From NCBI GenBank assembly GCA_015064695.1, contig SVRS01000001.1, positions 45,998 through 109,997 on the forward strand: a stretch of 64,000 nucleotides of DNA, read 5' to 3'. Below the pieces are notes generated by a model. The model did no database searches. It saw nothing but the letters and a program-made list of their open reading frames with translations, and was not told where the DNA came from. Below, piece by piece: positions 7,730 through 16,071 of this stretch. The position numbers and the translations under genes were made by a program. This stretch comes from Oscillospiraceae bacterium (GTDB lineage: Bacteria; Bacillota; Clostridia; Oscillospirales; CAG-272). Each line of letters begins with the position of its first letter. Position 1 is the stretch's first letter.

Positions 7730-8038
7730 TTATCGCATTTTTTTGGAAATGACCCAGCCATTGGCCTCCAGCCTGCCGCGATCGTATCCACATGCCAGGA
7801 GAATCTCGCTCTCGGCGGCCACCGAGCGGCTTTCATCGCTGAAATTGATGAACACCGTGACCGTTTCTCGGCTATATTGCCGCGCAAAACCCAGCACGCC
7901 GTCCTCGGTATCCAGCCAAGCCATGTTACCGTAGGTCAGGGCATCCTCGATCTCGCCGCGCTCGTTCCGGACAATGCCCTCGGGCATGTCGGTGATGATC
8001 CTTGCGTTGGGGAAGCAGCTCCTGTGCCCCTCATTATC
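7730..8038 (-). pseudogene. 5'-truncated remnant of a GH13-type glycosidase (only the C-terminal beta-sandwich domain remains)
   Basis: The open frame is only ~100 codons. DGVLGFARQYSRETVTVFINFSDESRSVAAESEILLACGYDRGRLEANGWVI resembles the C-terminal domain of alpha-amylase-family enzymes. There is no catalytic domain. Upstream it runs straight into a repeat/hairpin module. Confidence 0.45.
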
Positions 8039-8070
8039 TTAGAATATTTGTATAAAAATTTTCGGAAATT

Positions 8071-8122
8071 CCTAAGAACCCTTTTTCAAAAGGGTTCTTA
8101 GGCCGCCGGAGGCACGTCTCCC
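8071..8122. repeat. 3'-end repeat module, copy 1 (hairpin + GCCGCCGGAGGC motif)
   Basis: Hairpin CCTAAGAACCCTTTT-TC-AAAAGGGTTCTTAGG followed by GGCCGCCGGAGGCACGTCTCCC. It lies immediately 3' of the mtnN stop codon. Confidence 0.65.
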
Positions 8123-8845
8123 TTACTCCCAATCCTCCACGAACCGCAGCATGACCTCGGTAGCGGTCTTGGCGGCGGCGGCCAGGAAGGTGGGGTAGTC
8201 GGAAAAGGCCTGCTCGTCCCCGCCGTCGGAGATAGCGCGGAGAATGCCGTAGGGAACCTCGTTGACGTAGCAGACCTGGCCGATGGCCGCGCCCTCCATC
8301 TCGCAGGCGATCACGGGCTTGTCCGCCGTCTCAAAGGCGGCACAGATGCGCTCCTTGTCGGCGGTGTGGCAGATGAACTGGTCTCCCGAGGCTACGGTAC
8401 CCCGCTTGTAGGGCACGCCTACGCTCTCCACAGCGGCGGCCAGACGAGCGGTCACGGCGGTGTCGGCGGGAAGGTAGATGACGTTGATGCCCGAGATCAG
8501 CCCCACAGGATCGCCGATGGGGGAGGTATCCATGTCGTGCTGGACCATCTGATCGGCCAGGGCGATCTGTCCAATGGATAGCTCGGGGGACAGAGTCCCC
8601 GCCACACCGCTGTTGATCATCACGGCGGGAGTATACTTCAGGATCATGGTTTGGGCGCACATGGCGGCGAATACCTTGCCGATGCCGCACTTGGCGCAGA
8701 CCACCCGCTTGCCCCGCAGATTGCCGCTGACGAATTCGATACCGCTGATTACCTCTACCTCGGTATCGGTCATGGCGGCGCACAGCGCCTCCACCTCGAT
8801 TTTCATGGCACCGATGATGCCGATGTCGGTTTTCTTTACATTCAT
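8123..8845 (-). CDS. mtnN: 5'-methylthioadenosine/S-adenosylhomocysteine nucleosidase
   Basis: The start at 8845 (MNVKKTDIGIIGAMKIEVEAL) follows AACGGAGG. PNP_UDP_1 fold motifs are present, including CEMEGAAIGQV. Confidence 0.9.
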   Translation of the reverse strand: MNVKKTDIGIIGAMKIEVEALCAAMTDTEVEVISGIEFVSGNLRGKRVVCAKCGIGKVFAAMCAQTMILKYTPAVMINSGVAGTLSPELSIGQIALADQMVQHDMDTSPIGDPVGLISGINVIYLPADTAVTARLAAAVESVGVPYKRGTVASGDQFICHTADKERICAAFETADKPVIACEMEGAAIGQVCYVNEVPYGILRAISDGGDEQAFSDYPTFLAAAAKTATEVMLRFVEDWE

Positions 8846-8882
8846 ATATAAGCCTCCGTTATTTGCATATTTGAACGGCACT

Positions 8883-8911
8883 ATTGTACCACAGACGGCC
8901 AAGTTTGTCAA
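8883..8911 (-). promoter_or_regulatory. SigA-type promoter for mtnN
   Basis: On the minus strand: TTGACA, a 17-nt spacer, then TACAAT. Confidence 0.5.
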
Positions 8912-9050
8912 GAGATGGGAAAATTTCCAATGGGGAAACCCGTATTTGCGGTAGGATGGCTCGGTTGGACTTGGTTATTTTGCCCAAAATGTCACCCCTT
9001 TGTCCGTGGAATTTTCACGGAATTTTCGGTGAAAAATTTTTGAAAAACCC

Positions 9051-9079
9051 TTGCAAAACCGAGAAAAATGTGATATTAT
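9051..9079 (+). promoter_or_regulatory. SigA-type promoter for rpsT
   Basis: TTGCAA (9051-9056), a 17-nt spacer containing TG, then TATTAT (9074-9079). Confidence 0.45.
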
Positions 9080-9166
9080 ATAGGGGTATATGTGTGGCCT
9101 TGTTGCATACCCTCTCAGATGACGACAAGGTGAAGCGTAAATTTATGCTAAGAGGAGGATTTACTC

Positions 9167-9433
9167 ATGCCTAACATTAAGTCTGCTAAGAAGCGCGTGA
9201 AGGTTACCGAGACTAAGACCCTTCAGAACAAGATGTTCCGTTCTCAGATGAAGACCGACATCAAGAAGTACCAGGCCGCTCTGGCCGCCGGCGATATGGC
9301 CGCCGCTCAGGAGCTGTACAAGGCTGCCGTCAAGAAGATCGACGTGGCTGCTTCCAAGGGTATCATCCACAAGAACGCCGCCGCTCACAAGAAGAGCGCA
9401 TTCACCAAGGCTCTCAATGCCATGAATGCTTGA
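9167..9433 (+). CDS. rpsT: 30S ribosomal protein S20
   Basis: MPNIKSAKKRVKVTETKTLQNKMFRSQMKT is canonical S20. An RBS (AGAGGAGG) is present. Confidence 0.95.
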   Translation: MPNIKSAKKRVKVTETKTLQNKMFRSQMKTDIKKYQAALAAGDMAAAQELYKAAVKKIDVAASKGIIHKNAAAHKKSAFTKALNAMNA

Positions 9434-9453
9434 TTTCTCTTGCGTGAGAAGCC

Positions 9454-9495
9454 AAAACAACGCCTTCGGTTTTGTACCGGGGCGTTGTTTTTTTC
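9454..9495 (+). terminator. Intrinsic terminator of rpsT
   Basis: AAACAACGCC ... GGCGTTGTTT stem followed by TTTTTC. Confidence 0.7.
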
Positions 9496-9540
9496 AACGG
9501 CAAACGGCAAACGGCAAACAGCAAACGGTGAACGGTGAGG
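9495..9540. repeat. Heptanucleotide microsatellite (CAAACGG)n, about 6 units
   Basis: CAACGG CAAACGG CAAACGG CAAACAG CAAACGG TGAACGG TGAGG. It lies between two convergent genes. Confidence 0.8.
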
Positions 9541-9541
9541 A

Positions 9542-10663
9542 CTATTCTCCCTTGGTCAGCATACTCTTGACTCCTGCCGTTACCAAGGGCGCCAGGATCA
9601 TGCCCCAGACTCCAAAGAGCCGGAGCCCCGTGTACATGGCCGCCAAGGATACCAATGGATGAAGTCCCAGCCCCTCTCCGATGAGCTTGGGCTCCAGGAT
9701 CTGCCGAACCACCGAGCTGACGGCGTAGAGGATCAGAAGTCCGATCCCCAAGCGGAGCTTACCCAAAAGCAAGCACACTGCAGCCCAGGGCAGAAGGATG
9801 ATCCCCGTTCCCAGCAGAGGCAGAAAATCCACCAGAGCAATGAGAAACGCTAAAATAAACGCGTAGGGAACCCGAAGCAGGGCCAGCCCGATAAAGATCT
9901 GCAGGAAGGTCAGAAGCCCCAAAAGCAGACAGGCCCGTAGGTATTGTTGGCCGATGCGGCGAAGACGCCGCCCCAGGGGAGACAAGTAGTCCTGCAATCC
10001 CGTGGGCGTGATCCGCCGGATCCATTTCCCGGCAGAACGACTCAGGCGTCCGTCGTCGGCGCTAAAATAGTAGCAGGCCAAAAGAGTCACCGTCACGAAT
10101 ATGAAGGCCGACGGGATCCACCCTGCTACCGTCATGGCCGCATCGGGAAGCCGCGCCGATACGCTGCCAACCACCCGATCTATGCCGTCTTCCACCAGGC
10201 GATCAATACGGGCGTAAAGCTCCTCGTAGCCGGGGGTGTTCTCCCGATGGCGGAGAAGGGGGATGCGGGAGGTTAGGGAACGGACCTGCGCCAGGGCGTT
10301 TTCAACTACGGCTGTCAGACCGGCGGTGTTTTCGATCAGATGGGAAAGCTCCTGTATCCCTCGACGGATTCCTCCCGCAGCCAGCGTAACAAAGCCGCCC
10401 ACAGTCAGAATGACCAGCCCTGCTGCCCATGCGTTCCGCTTGAGCCCCGTGCGGTCGGCCAGTATTCCTGCCAAGGGCTTGACGGGGCGGGATAAAAGCC
10501 AGGCCAGCAGGAAGGGAAGGGCGATCCCAAGGGCGTATCGTAGGGTCAGCCAAAGGACGAACCCTCCCGCCGCGGCACAGATGATTCCAGCCGCCACCCG
10601 CCTCAGATCCAAGGGCGGCGGTGCATTCCCCTCGGGAGGGGCGTTCGTGTTTTTTTCATTCAT
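9542..10663 (-). CDS. AI-2E family transporter / YtvI-like integral membrane protein
   Basis: Polytopic membrane protein. The C-terminal motif block (DFLPLLGTGIILLPWA ... EPKLIGEGLGLHPLVSLAAMYTG) is typical of PerM/AI-2E/YtvI. Confidence 0.85.
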   Translation of the reverse strand: MNEKNTNAPPEGNAPPPLDLRRVAAGIICAAAGGFVLWLTLRYALGIALPFLLAWLLSRPVKPLAGILADRTGLKRNAWAAGLVILTVGGFVTLAAGGIRRGIQELSHLIENTAGLTAVVENALAQVRSLTSRIPLLRHRENTPGYEELYARIDRLVEDGIDRVVGSVSARLPDAAMTVAGWIPSAFIFVTVTLLACYYFSADDGRLSRSAGKWIRRITPTGLQDYLSPLGRRLRRIGQQYLRACLLLGLLTFLQIFIGLALLRVPYAFILAFLIALVDFLPLLGTGIILLPWAAVCLLLGKLRLGIGLLILYAVSSVVRQILEPKLIGEGLGLHPLVSLAAMYTGLRLFGVWGMILAPLVTAGVKSMLTKGE

Positions 10664-10859
10664 ATTCAGTACCGTAGCTTTCGCTTGGCGAAAACCTCCT
10701 TCCTTGCGGAAATAGGGGAGTAGCGGAGTAGCGGAGAAAAATCTCCGTCGATCAAGGGCGAAAGCCTCAAGTCTGCCGTGGCTTCTTCCGTGATATCATC
10801 GTGATACCATATAATATGCCCATTGGTTGTAACTTTATTTCAAACGATTCGAAAACGCC

Positions 10860-10888
10860 TTGACAAATTCGAAAAAACATGGTACAAT
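10860..10888 (+). promoter_or_regulatory. SigA-type promoter upstream of the PPIase gene (~220-nt leader)
   Basis: TTGACA (10860-10865), a 17-nt spacer ending in TGG, then TACAAT (10883-10888). Confidence 0.5.
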
Positions 10889-11110
10889 AGATAGGATTTG
10901 TTTGAAAGATCGCGGTATGATCAAGAACAGGTTTTTTTTCGCAAAGCAAGCCGTTTTTTTGCAGGAATACAAGCCGTATTTCAAGAAAAACGGTGCAGTA
11001 ATGCGGAAGGTGCCGGTCTGCGGACGTACTGTCGTTTTTCGGGCAAGCCTTAAGTCGGCCGTTGGGCTTTCACCATGGACCTCGGCCCGAAAAAATATTT
11101 GGAGGATTCT

Positions 11111-11818
11111 ATGAAAATTACCAAGCTGTTTCTCATTGCTCTGTCTCTGCTTCTGACCTTTTCTGCGCTGACCGCCTGCCAGACCACGGATGGAGAAGAC
11201 ACCACCGCCCAGGAGACTACCGGGGGTTCCACTGTCGGCACCTGCGACATGAACGCCATCAACGCAGAGATCGATTCCATGCGTGTGGAGGACTTCACCG
11301 AAGCTACCGAAACCACCGAGTACGTTAAGTTCAGCGTTAAGAATTACGGCGACTTCATCGTCCGTCTCCGTAAGGATATCGCTCCCATCACCGTGACGAA
11401 CTTCCAGAAGCTGGTTTCCCAGAAGTTCTACGACGGCCTGACCTTCCACCGCATCATGAAGGGCTTCATGATCCAGGGCGGTGACCCCAAGGGCGACGGT
11501 ACCGGCGGCTCTTCCGAAACCATCAAGGGCGAGTTTTCCCAGAACGGTGTTCGCAACGAGCTGTCCCACGTCATGGGTGTCATCTCTATGGCTCGCCGCT
11601 CCTATCCCATGGATAGTGCCTCCAGCCAGTTCTTTATCTGCAACGCGGATGCATCCCGCTCCCTGGATGGCAGCTACGCCGGCTTCGGCTACGTGGTGGC
11701 CGGCCTGGAGGTCATTCTGATGGTGTCCGACGTAGAGGTCTCCTCCAACGGCAGCGAAAACAGCAAGCCCGCAGAGCCCGTCATCATCGAAAAGGTTTGC
11801 TTCGTGGAGAAGAAGTGA
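11111..11818 (+). CDS. Cyclophilin-type peptidyl-prolyl cis-trans isomerase, lipoprotein
   Basis: The start at 11111 (MKITKLFLIALSLLLTFSALTAC) follows GGAGG. Cyclophilin motifs FHRIMKGFMIQGGDP and SMARR...SASSQFFI are present. An acidic T/E linker follows the lipobox. Confidence 0.9.
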   Translation: MKITKLFLIALSLLLTFSALTACQTTDGEDTTAQETTGGSTVGTCDMNAINAEIDSMRVEDFTEATETTEYVKFSVKNYGDFIVRLRKDIAPITVTNFQKLVSQKFYDGLTFHRIMKGFMIQGGDPKGDGTGGSSETIKGEFSQNGVRNELSHVMGVISMARRSYPMDSASSQFFICNADASRSLDGSYAGFGYVVAGLEVILMVSDVEVSSNGSENSKPAEPVIIEKVCFVEKK

Positions 11819-11971
11819 ACAAAGCCGTTCATCTGCGGCGAGGGACACGACCTTGCGGGGATAGTTGACCCCGATCCAAGTGCGATTCCCGTTGCGAGCC
11901 TGCAGACGGATCTCCTCTTTGCAAAGGCAAGGAATATCGCGCGTAGCGCATAGCGCTCGTAAATGAAGAAA

Positions 11972-12010
11972 GAGCCATACGGATTTTTCCTCCGTATGGC
12001 TCCTTTTTTG
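11972..12010. terminator. Intrinsic terminator after the PPIase gene
   Basis: GAGCCATACGGA-TTTTTCC-TCCGTATGGCTC forms a 12-bp stem followed by CTTTTTTG. Confidence 0.7.
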
Positions 12011-12117
12011 TTCGTATATTTGACTTCGCGCTGATCAAGCCAATGCCGGATCCGTGTCCGTGCCTTAATCGTTTTCACCGATCAGGAAAATACCCCACCG
12101 CGGTGGTGCTTTTCCGT

Positions 12118-14391
12118 TTATTTCTGCATCCGTCTTACCTCGGTGCCGAGGGGGCGGCTTTCCTTGTAGGCGGTGATGACGCGATCTGTATCGGCGGGGG
12201 ATTCCACCGAGAAAATGAAATGGTGTTGCGAAAGCTCTGCTCGCGCAAGCTCCTCCATGCGGTCAGACATGCCTGTGGGCAGGGAATTGTATAGAGTATT
12301 GCGGTGACCGGCTCCGCAGGGGGAATCCTCTCGCAGGATGGGAAAATCCTTACCCATGCGATCTCGCATGACCGCCGCATCCTTGCCGCAGATCTCCCGA
12401 CAGACGGAATCAAGCTTCATATGACGGTAGACCTCGCGAATGGCGCACTTTTCCGTGAGCATGAGGGGCAGACGGCCGTAGACCACTCCGCCGGCGGCGG
12501 CAGGGAAGCCGTCCTTGGCCAGTGCCGTGCGAATATCTCGCATGCGGGGCAGGGTCAGCTCGGGGGAGAGAATCAGATCGCAAAAGCCCAGGGACAGCAT
12601 TCTGGCGGCGGCGGGCGTGTTGGCGGTGTTGAGACGGAGATCCCCGTGGATGCATAGGCTCTCTTCGGGAATACCGCAGGCCTCGGTGACGCGGCGGATA
12701 AGGGGGAGGTGTCCCACGTTACCCACCAACAGGTGGCGGATACCCTTTCGCAAAGTAGCGGTCAGAGCCTCGGCAACGACATCTGCCTCGCGATCAAAGA
12801 TTACAGGGGGCAGAAGGATACCCTGCTTGCCTGTGGGGACTGTGCCGGGATGCTCTCTGCCGAGGGGCAGATAGAGAACGTCGAAATACGTAACGGCCGC
12901 CGCTGTGATCTGCTCGGGACGGAAAAAGCGGGCGGTACGGGTGAAGGAAGGGGCAGAGGAGGCGGAGGGGATCTCCCTGCAGATCTCCTCGGACAAAAGG
13001 GCGGGAGACAGAGGGGTATATCCTGCGGCGGGATTCGGCATGGCGGTCATACGGGCCTCGTCCAGCCTGTCCAGAGCCTCGCGGCGCAGGGCGTTGAGTC
13101 GGGAAACGGGAAGCATCAGGCCGCTGTCGATGTGGGTGGCTACGTCCAACGCCAAGTAGGGCGTTCCTCCGGTACGGGTCAACTGCTTTTCGGCTGTCTC
13201 TGCGGTGAGGGGCAGATTTTCAGCGGTGGCGGGCACGTCTCCTTCTACCGTTACGGATACGGCTTCGCAGCTCCCCTGTCGGTAAAGGGGTGCCGTGGCG
13301 GTCAGAGTCACGGGCTTGTCGGTCTCGGCGGTAAAGACCATGGACAGAGGAAGATGGGGGGGATGCTTCATGCTCATGGCCGCTTTTTCTGCGGTGGCGG
13401 TGCGTTCCTTGTCGCCTTCGGATCGAATGCCCATCATGGTGCGGGTGATCTTTCTTGTCTGATAGCCGTCGGTGAAGCCTCCGCGGGAGAACAGATTGCC
13501 CAGGGCATTCATTTCCTCAGGGGTGGCAGCACGGTTTTCGTTCAGAAGCCTGCGCCATATGGCGGTTACACCGCTCACATAGCCGGGGGATTTCATGCGG
13601 CCCTCGATCTTGAGGGAGGAAACGCCGGCCTCAATCAACGAGGGAACGTGGCAGGCCAAGGAGAGATCCTTCAATGAAAGGGGATAATTGTCTGCGTCCG
13701 GACGGGCGGAGGGGCGGTCGCCTCCGCCGGGGGGATTTTTTCCCGAGGAACGGCAACCGGCGCAGGAATAGGGGAGGCGGCAGGGCTGAGCGCACTCACC
13801 CCGATTTCCGCTTCGGCCTCCAACCACCGAGGAGAACAGGCATTGTCCGGAGTGGCTGACGCACAGAGCGCCGTGGATGAACACCTCCACCTCCAAGGGG
13901 TTATGGGCAACGGCAAAGGCCAGATCCGTAAGGGAGGTTTCCCGGGCTATGACAAACCGTGAAAACCCAAAGGGCGCCAGTACGTCGCCCACCGAGGCGT
14001 TATGCCCCGAAAGCTGAGTGCTGGCGTGGAGAGAAAGCTCGGGAAGGGCACGGTGAATGAGGGCGGCGGCACCCACGTCTGCTATGATGAGGGCATCCAC
14101 CCCTGCCACAGCCGCTTCGTAGGCCGCTTCCAGGGCCTCGGGCAGCTCACGGTCCCAAACCAAGGTGTTGAGGGTCAGATAGACCCGACCGCCCAGGCGA
14201 TGCGCGTGGGTCACAGCCTCGCGAAGCTGGGCGGTATCGAAATTATGGGCGTTCATACGAGCATTGAAGCGGCTTCCGCCCAGGTAAACGGCGTCAGCCC
14301 CCGCAAGAAGGGCGGCTTCTAATGCCTCGGGAGAGCCTGCGGGAGCCAACAGCTCTGGCAGGACGGGGTGGCGGTATGACGTCATGATCAA
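12118..14391 (-). CDS. U32 family peptidase (long two-module form)
   Basis: N-terminal U32 core (ELLAPAGSPEALEAALLAGADAVYLGG...; E.FIHGALCVSHSGQCLFSS; CAQPCR). A second, degenerate U32-like half lies at the C-terminus. Confidence 0.85.
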   Translation of the reverse strand: MIMTSYRHPVLPELLAPAGSPEALEAALLAGADAVYLGGSRFNARMNAHNFDTAQLREAVTHAHRLGGRVYLTLNTLVWDRELPEALEAAYEAAVAGVDALIIADVGAAALIHRALPELSLHASTQLSGHNASVGDVLAPFGFSRFVIARETSLTDLAFAVAHNPLEVEVFIHGALCVSHSGQCLFSSVVGGRSGNRGECAQPCRLPYSCAGCRSSGKNPPGGGDRPSARPDADNYPLSLKDLSLACHVPSLIEAGVSSLKIEGRMKSPGYVSGVTAIWRRLLNENRAATPEEMNALGNLFSRGGFTDGYQTRKITRTMMGIRSEGDKERTATAEKAAMSMKHPPHLPLSMVFTAETDKPVTLTATAPLYRQGSCEAVSVTVEGDVPATAENLPLTAETAEKQLTRTGGTPYLALDVATHIDSGLMLPVSRLNALRREALDRLDEARMTAMPNPAAGYTPLSPALLSEEICREIPSASSAPSFTRTARFFRPEQITAAAVTYFDVLYLPLGREHPGTVPTGKQGILLPPVIFDREADVVAEALTATLRKGIRHLLVGNVGHLPLIRRVTEACGIPEESLCIHGDLRLNTANTPAAARMLSLGFCDLILSPELTLPRMRDIRTALAKDGFPAAAGGVVYGRLPLMLTEKCAIREVYRHMKLDSVCREICGKDAAVMRDRMGKDFPILREDSPCGAGHRNTLYNSLPTGMSDRMEELARAELSQHHFIFSVESPADTDRVITAYKESRPLGTEVRRMQK

Positions 14392-15038
14392 TCCAAGTCA
14401 CCAAAGGAGAGGTGACGGAACATATTGCCCACGCGACTGCGGGGACGGGGTGCTTCAGCCTCGGGCTTCTTTTCCGCGGGAGCGGGCTCCTCTGCGGGAG
14501 CGGGGATGGGCGCGGGAGCGGGGGCGGGCTCAGGGCGGGAGAATACGGCTACGGGCTCTGCCTCGACCTTCTCCTCGGACTCCTCCGCATCAAGGGACTC
14601 CGACAGAGTGGTGTTCAGCGCCTGGGCCTCAGCAACCTCGGCGAAGAACGCGGCAGGGGAAATGGGATCCAGCGCCAAGGCCTCGGCCTCCTCCTCCTGC
14701 TTGGTCAGCAGAGAGCGGAGAACGGCATTCTCACTACGCAGTCTCTCCAGCTCGGCGGACTGATCGGAGGTTCTTTCCTTGAGATTCTCCAGTACGATGG
14801 CGTACTTGTCACAGCGCTCCTCCAGCTCGGAGATCTGGGACTGCATGGACATACGGTCAGCGGCAAAATCCATGGCGCACAGCAGAGCCGCCTCGGTCTT
14901 GGGGCAACGGCTCTTGAGGTAGATTTCACGCATTTTGCGGTCAAGAAGACCGCGGATATGCTCGACCTCGTCAAAGGATGCATCGGCTATGACACTCAGC
15001 TGAATATCGGCGATGGTAAGGGTAAACTTTTGCTTCAT
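14388..15038 (-). CDS. zapA: Cell division protein ZapA-like with a long coiled-coil/Pro-Ala-rich tail
   Basis: The N-terminal ZapA pattern is present (FTLTIADIQLSVIADASFDEVEHIRGLLDRKMREI...TEAALLCAMDFAADRM). Its stop overlaps the U32 start (ATGA). Confidence 0.7.
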   Translation of the reverse strand: MKQKFTLTIADIQLSVIADASFDEVEHIRGLLDRKMREIYLKSRCPKTEAALLCAMDFAADRMSMQSQISELEERCDKYAIVLENLKERTSDQSAELERLRSENAVLRSLLTKQEEEAEALALDPISPAAFFAEVAEAQALNTTLSESLDAEESEEKVEAEPVAVFSRPEPAPAPAPIPAPAEEPAPAEKKPEAEAPRPRSRVGNMFRHLSFGDLD

Positions 15039-15113
15039 GGTGGTCCGTCCTTTCGTTTATGGCCGTTTTTATACAAAAAATTGTAAGAAAACGGCGGAAT
15101 ATCAAAAATATAC

Positions 15114-15142
15114 TTGCAATTCAACGCGTTTGGGAGTATAAT
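15114..15142 (+). promoter_or_regulatory. SigA-type promoter upstream of proB
   Basis: TTGCAA (15114-15119), a 17-nt spacer, then TATAAT (15137-15142). Confidence 0.5.
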
Positions 15143-15238
15143 AGAGGAAATACCTCCCACTACCCCCTATTATAATACAAAATTGTCGTATTGAAAAGGG
15201 TATTTCGGTAAATTTTTCAAAGAAAGTGTTAATTTTTT

Positions 15239-16027
15239 ATGAGTATGCTTCAAAACAGCCGCCGATTGGTGGTTAAGGTGGGTACCTCCACCCTGACCCA
15301 CTCCACGGGGGCGCTGAATCTGCGCCGCATCGGTGCTATGGTGCGGGTGCTGTCCGACTTTAAGAACGCGGGGAAGGAGATCGTGCTGGTCTCCTCGGGC
15401 GCCGTCAGCGCGGGCGTTGCCAAGGTGGGCGCATCGCGGCCCTCCACCGTGGCCGAAAAGCAGGCCATGGCCGCCATTGGCCAAAGCGAGCTGATGGGTC
15501 TGTACGATCAAATGTTCTCTCTCTACGGCCATACCGTGGCTCAGGTACTGCTCACCCGTGACGTGCTGGATAATCCCGTCCGTCGGGATCTGGCGGAGAA
15601 TACCTTTGAGAGCCTTCTGGCCATGGGCTGTGTGCCTATTGTCAACGAGAATGACCCCGTTTCCACCGACGAGCTGACTAAGTTCGGCGGAAACGATATT
15701 CTCTCGGCCTATGTAGCCCGGGTCTGTCACGCTGACGTGCTGATCAATCTGTCCGACGTGGACGGACTCTACGATTGCGATCCTCGTAAGTTCCCCGATG
15801 CCAAGCTCATCGAGAGGGTGGAGTTCCTGTCCGATGACCTGCTGGCCTCCGCCGGTGGCGCGGGAACCGAGCGGGGAACGGGCGGTATGGAGGCTAAGCT
15901 CCGCGCCGCCGCCCTGTCTACCGAGGCGGGCATTCCCATGTTCATCATGAACGGCCATGATCCCGACATTCTCTACCGTCTCCTGGACGGTGAGCATGTG
16001 GGCACCTACTTTACGGCGAAGAAGTAA
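15239..16027 (+). CDS. proB: Glutamate 5-kinase (short form without a PUA domain)
   Basis: RLVVKVGTSTLT, VLVSSGAVSAG, IVNENDPVSTDE and GTGGMEAKLRAA are canonical ProB motifs. Confidence 0.9.
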   Translation: MSMLQNSRRLVVKVGTSTLTHSTGALNLRRIGAMVRVLSDFKNAGKEIVLVSSGAVSAGVAKVGASRPSTVAEKQAMAAIGQSELMGLYDQMFSLYGHTVAQVLLTRDVLDNPVRRDLAENTFESLLAMGCVPIVNENDPVSTDELTKFGGNDILSAYVARVCHADVLINLSDVDGLYDCDPRKFPDAKLIERVEFLSDDLLASAGGAGTERGTGGMEAKLRAAALSTEAGIPMFIMNGHDPDILYRLLDGEHVGTYFTAKK

Positions 16028-16071
16028 GGACGCGTTCCGGCCGCCGTAATTTCCCTGAAAGGAGTTTTGCT

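Noticed and set aside
10889-11110. The ~220-nt leader upstream of the PPIase gene as a riboswitch or attenuator.
   Set aside because: It contains several T-runs but no convincing conserved stems or known motif cores. The evidence is too weak to report as a finding.
15239-16027. proB without an adjacent proA, as a sign of a non-canonical pathway.
   Set aside because: Unlinked proB and proA, and short PUA-less ProB forms, both occur in many bacteria. Nothing in the sequence itself is aberrant.
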